A stretch of 63,302 nt of DNA, counting the filler, from Octopus bimaculoides (lineage: Eukaryota): NCBI RefSeq assembly GCF_001194135.2. It is 4 parts of 2 records of this genome, joined end to end, with 100 filler letters (N's around TTAATTAATTAA, not from the genome) between each part and the next. Parts side by side here need not be neighbours in the genome. Positions count along the whole stretch, not along the records: positions 40,701 to 62,176 come from NC_069004.1; positions 62,277 to 63,302 come from NC_068994.1; 2 more parts are not named here. One strand, 5' to 3'. The position numbers and the translations under genes were made by a program. Shown one piece after another: positions 62,175-63,302 of the stretch (position 1 is its first letter; every line of letters begins with the position of its first letter). A model generated the notes under the pieces. It made no database searches. It was not told the DNA's origin and saw only the letters and a list, made by a program, of their open reading frames with translations.

Positions 62175-62292
62175 ATNNNNNNNNNNNNNNNNNNNNNNNN
62201 NNNNNNNNNNNNNNNNNNNNTTAATTAATTAANNNNNNNNNNNNNNNNNNNNNNNNNNNNNNNNNNNNNNNNNNNNTATATACATGCACACA

Positions 62293-62465
62293 CACAGACG
62301 CGCGCGCGTGAGGCTTCTTTCAGTTTCTGTCTACCAAATCCACTCCCAAGGATATGCTCATCTCGAGGCTATAGTACAAAACACTTGACCAAGGTGCCAT
62401 GCTGTGGGACTGAACTTGGAACCTTGTGTTTGGGAAGTAAACTTCTTACCACATAGCCGCGCCTG
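62293..62465 (-). mobile_element. SINE family A head
   Basis: cttctttcagtttctgtctaccaaatccac..caaggtgccatgctgtgggactgaac. Confidence 0.85.
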
Positions 62466-62564
62466 CGCTTATGCTCAAGTTTTCGTTAATTTTGTTTGAT
62501 GAAAGCAATCATAACTGATTATATTTCGTACATGCAAATGAGCTGGCAGTATTACAGGGGAAGG

Positions 62565-62985
62565 GTTGTAATTTCGAGGGAGGGGTTAAGTCGATTACAT
62601 CGACTCCGGTGTTCTACTGTAATGGTACTTATTTTATCGACCCTGAAAAGATGAAAAGTAACGTCGACATCGGCGGGATTTGAACTCAGAACGTAAGGAC
62701 GGAGTAAATGCCGCTAAGCATTTGGCCAGGCGTTCCAACGATTCCACCAGATCGCCGCCTTAACGTTCATGTTAACATGAAATCCATGTTAATGTGGTAA
62801 ACTGGCAGAATGTTTAGCGCCATTTCGGCCGTCCTTACGTTCCGATTTCAAATCCCGCTAAGGTTGACTTTGCTTTCATCCTTTCTGGGACGCTAAAATA
62901 AGTACCAGTTGAACACTGGAGTCCATGCGATCGACTTACCCACTTCCCCGGAATTGCTGGCTCTGTGCTAAAATTTGAAACCAGT
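62565..62985. mobile_element. Head-to-head pair of SINE family B copies (minus 62565-62762, plus 62795-62985)
   Basis: The core and head of family B appear in opposite orientations about 30 bp apart. Confidence 0.8.
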
Positions 62986-63302
62986 ATTAAAATGAACGAA
63001 TGGTTGGTTGGTTGGTTTGGAAAGTTATGCGATTAACTGAATTATGTAAGTTTCCAGTCTGCAAAAACTCAGCATTACGTAAACACACTCAAACAATACA
63101 CACACACACACGTGTGTATGTACATGTGTATACATGTATGTATGTGTGTGTGTAATCATATATGTATGCATTAAGCATAAATATTTTCTCTATAGGCATA
63201 AAGGCCAGCGAACATTAGCTGAATAAAAGGCTCGCTACGAGTGTAGTCTGATATTTTGAATAATTTTATTGACAGTAATTTCAATGTTTCGTTATATATA
63301 TA

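Noticed and set aside
1-63302. CRISPR arrays, operons, rRNA or other prokaryotic systems
   Set aside because: No regular repeat-spacer array, no gene-dense region and no rRNA motifs; the window is eukaryotic repeat-rich DNA.

Overview
AT-rich, gap-riddled eukaryotic scaffold dominated by microsatellites and decayed transposable elements. The SINE families and the (TA)n/(CA)n/(TAA)n/(CATA)n load suggest an Octopus genome; this is inferred from repeat recognition, not a search. No intact gene is recognisable. Recognisable elements: three tRNA-derived SINE families (many copies), three mariners, a DD41D Tc1/mariner, a Tigger/pogo, a Chapaev3-like relic, a disrupted Gypsy, a solo LTR, several Penelope-like elements (three with hammerhead ribozyme motifs), a Tx1/L1-like deletion derivative, an RTE 3' end, five R4/Dong-type LINE fragments abutting (TAA)n or (CATA)n, and several foldback/TIR elements. 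Most interesting observations: a pre-miRNA-like hairpin at 25.5 kb, apparent (CATA)n-associated restriction-like-endonuclease LINEs, two ~0.28 kb locally templated inverted insertions, a TIR element centred on a head-to-head telomere-repeat palindrome, and a variant-core hammerhead. Scattered candidate host exons on both strands are low confidence. All coordinates were read by eye, and element edges are approximate (about +/-10-30 bp).
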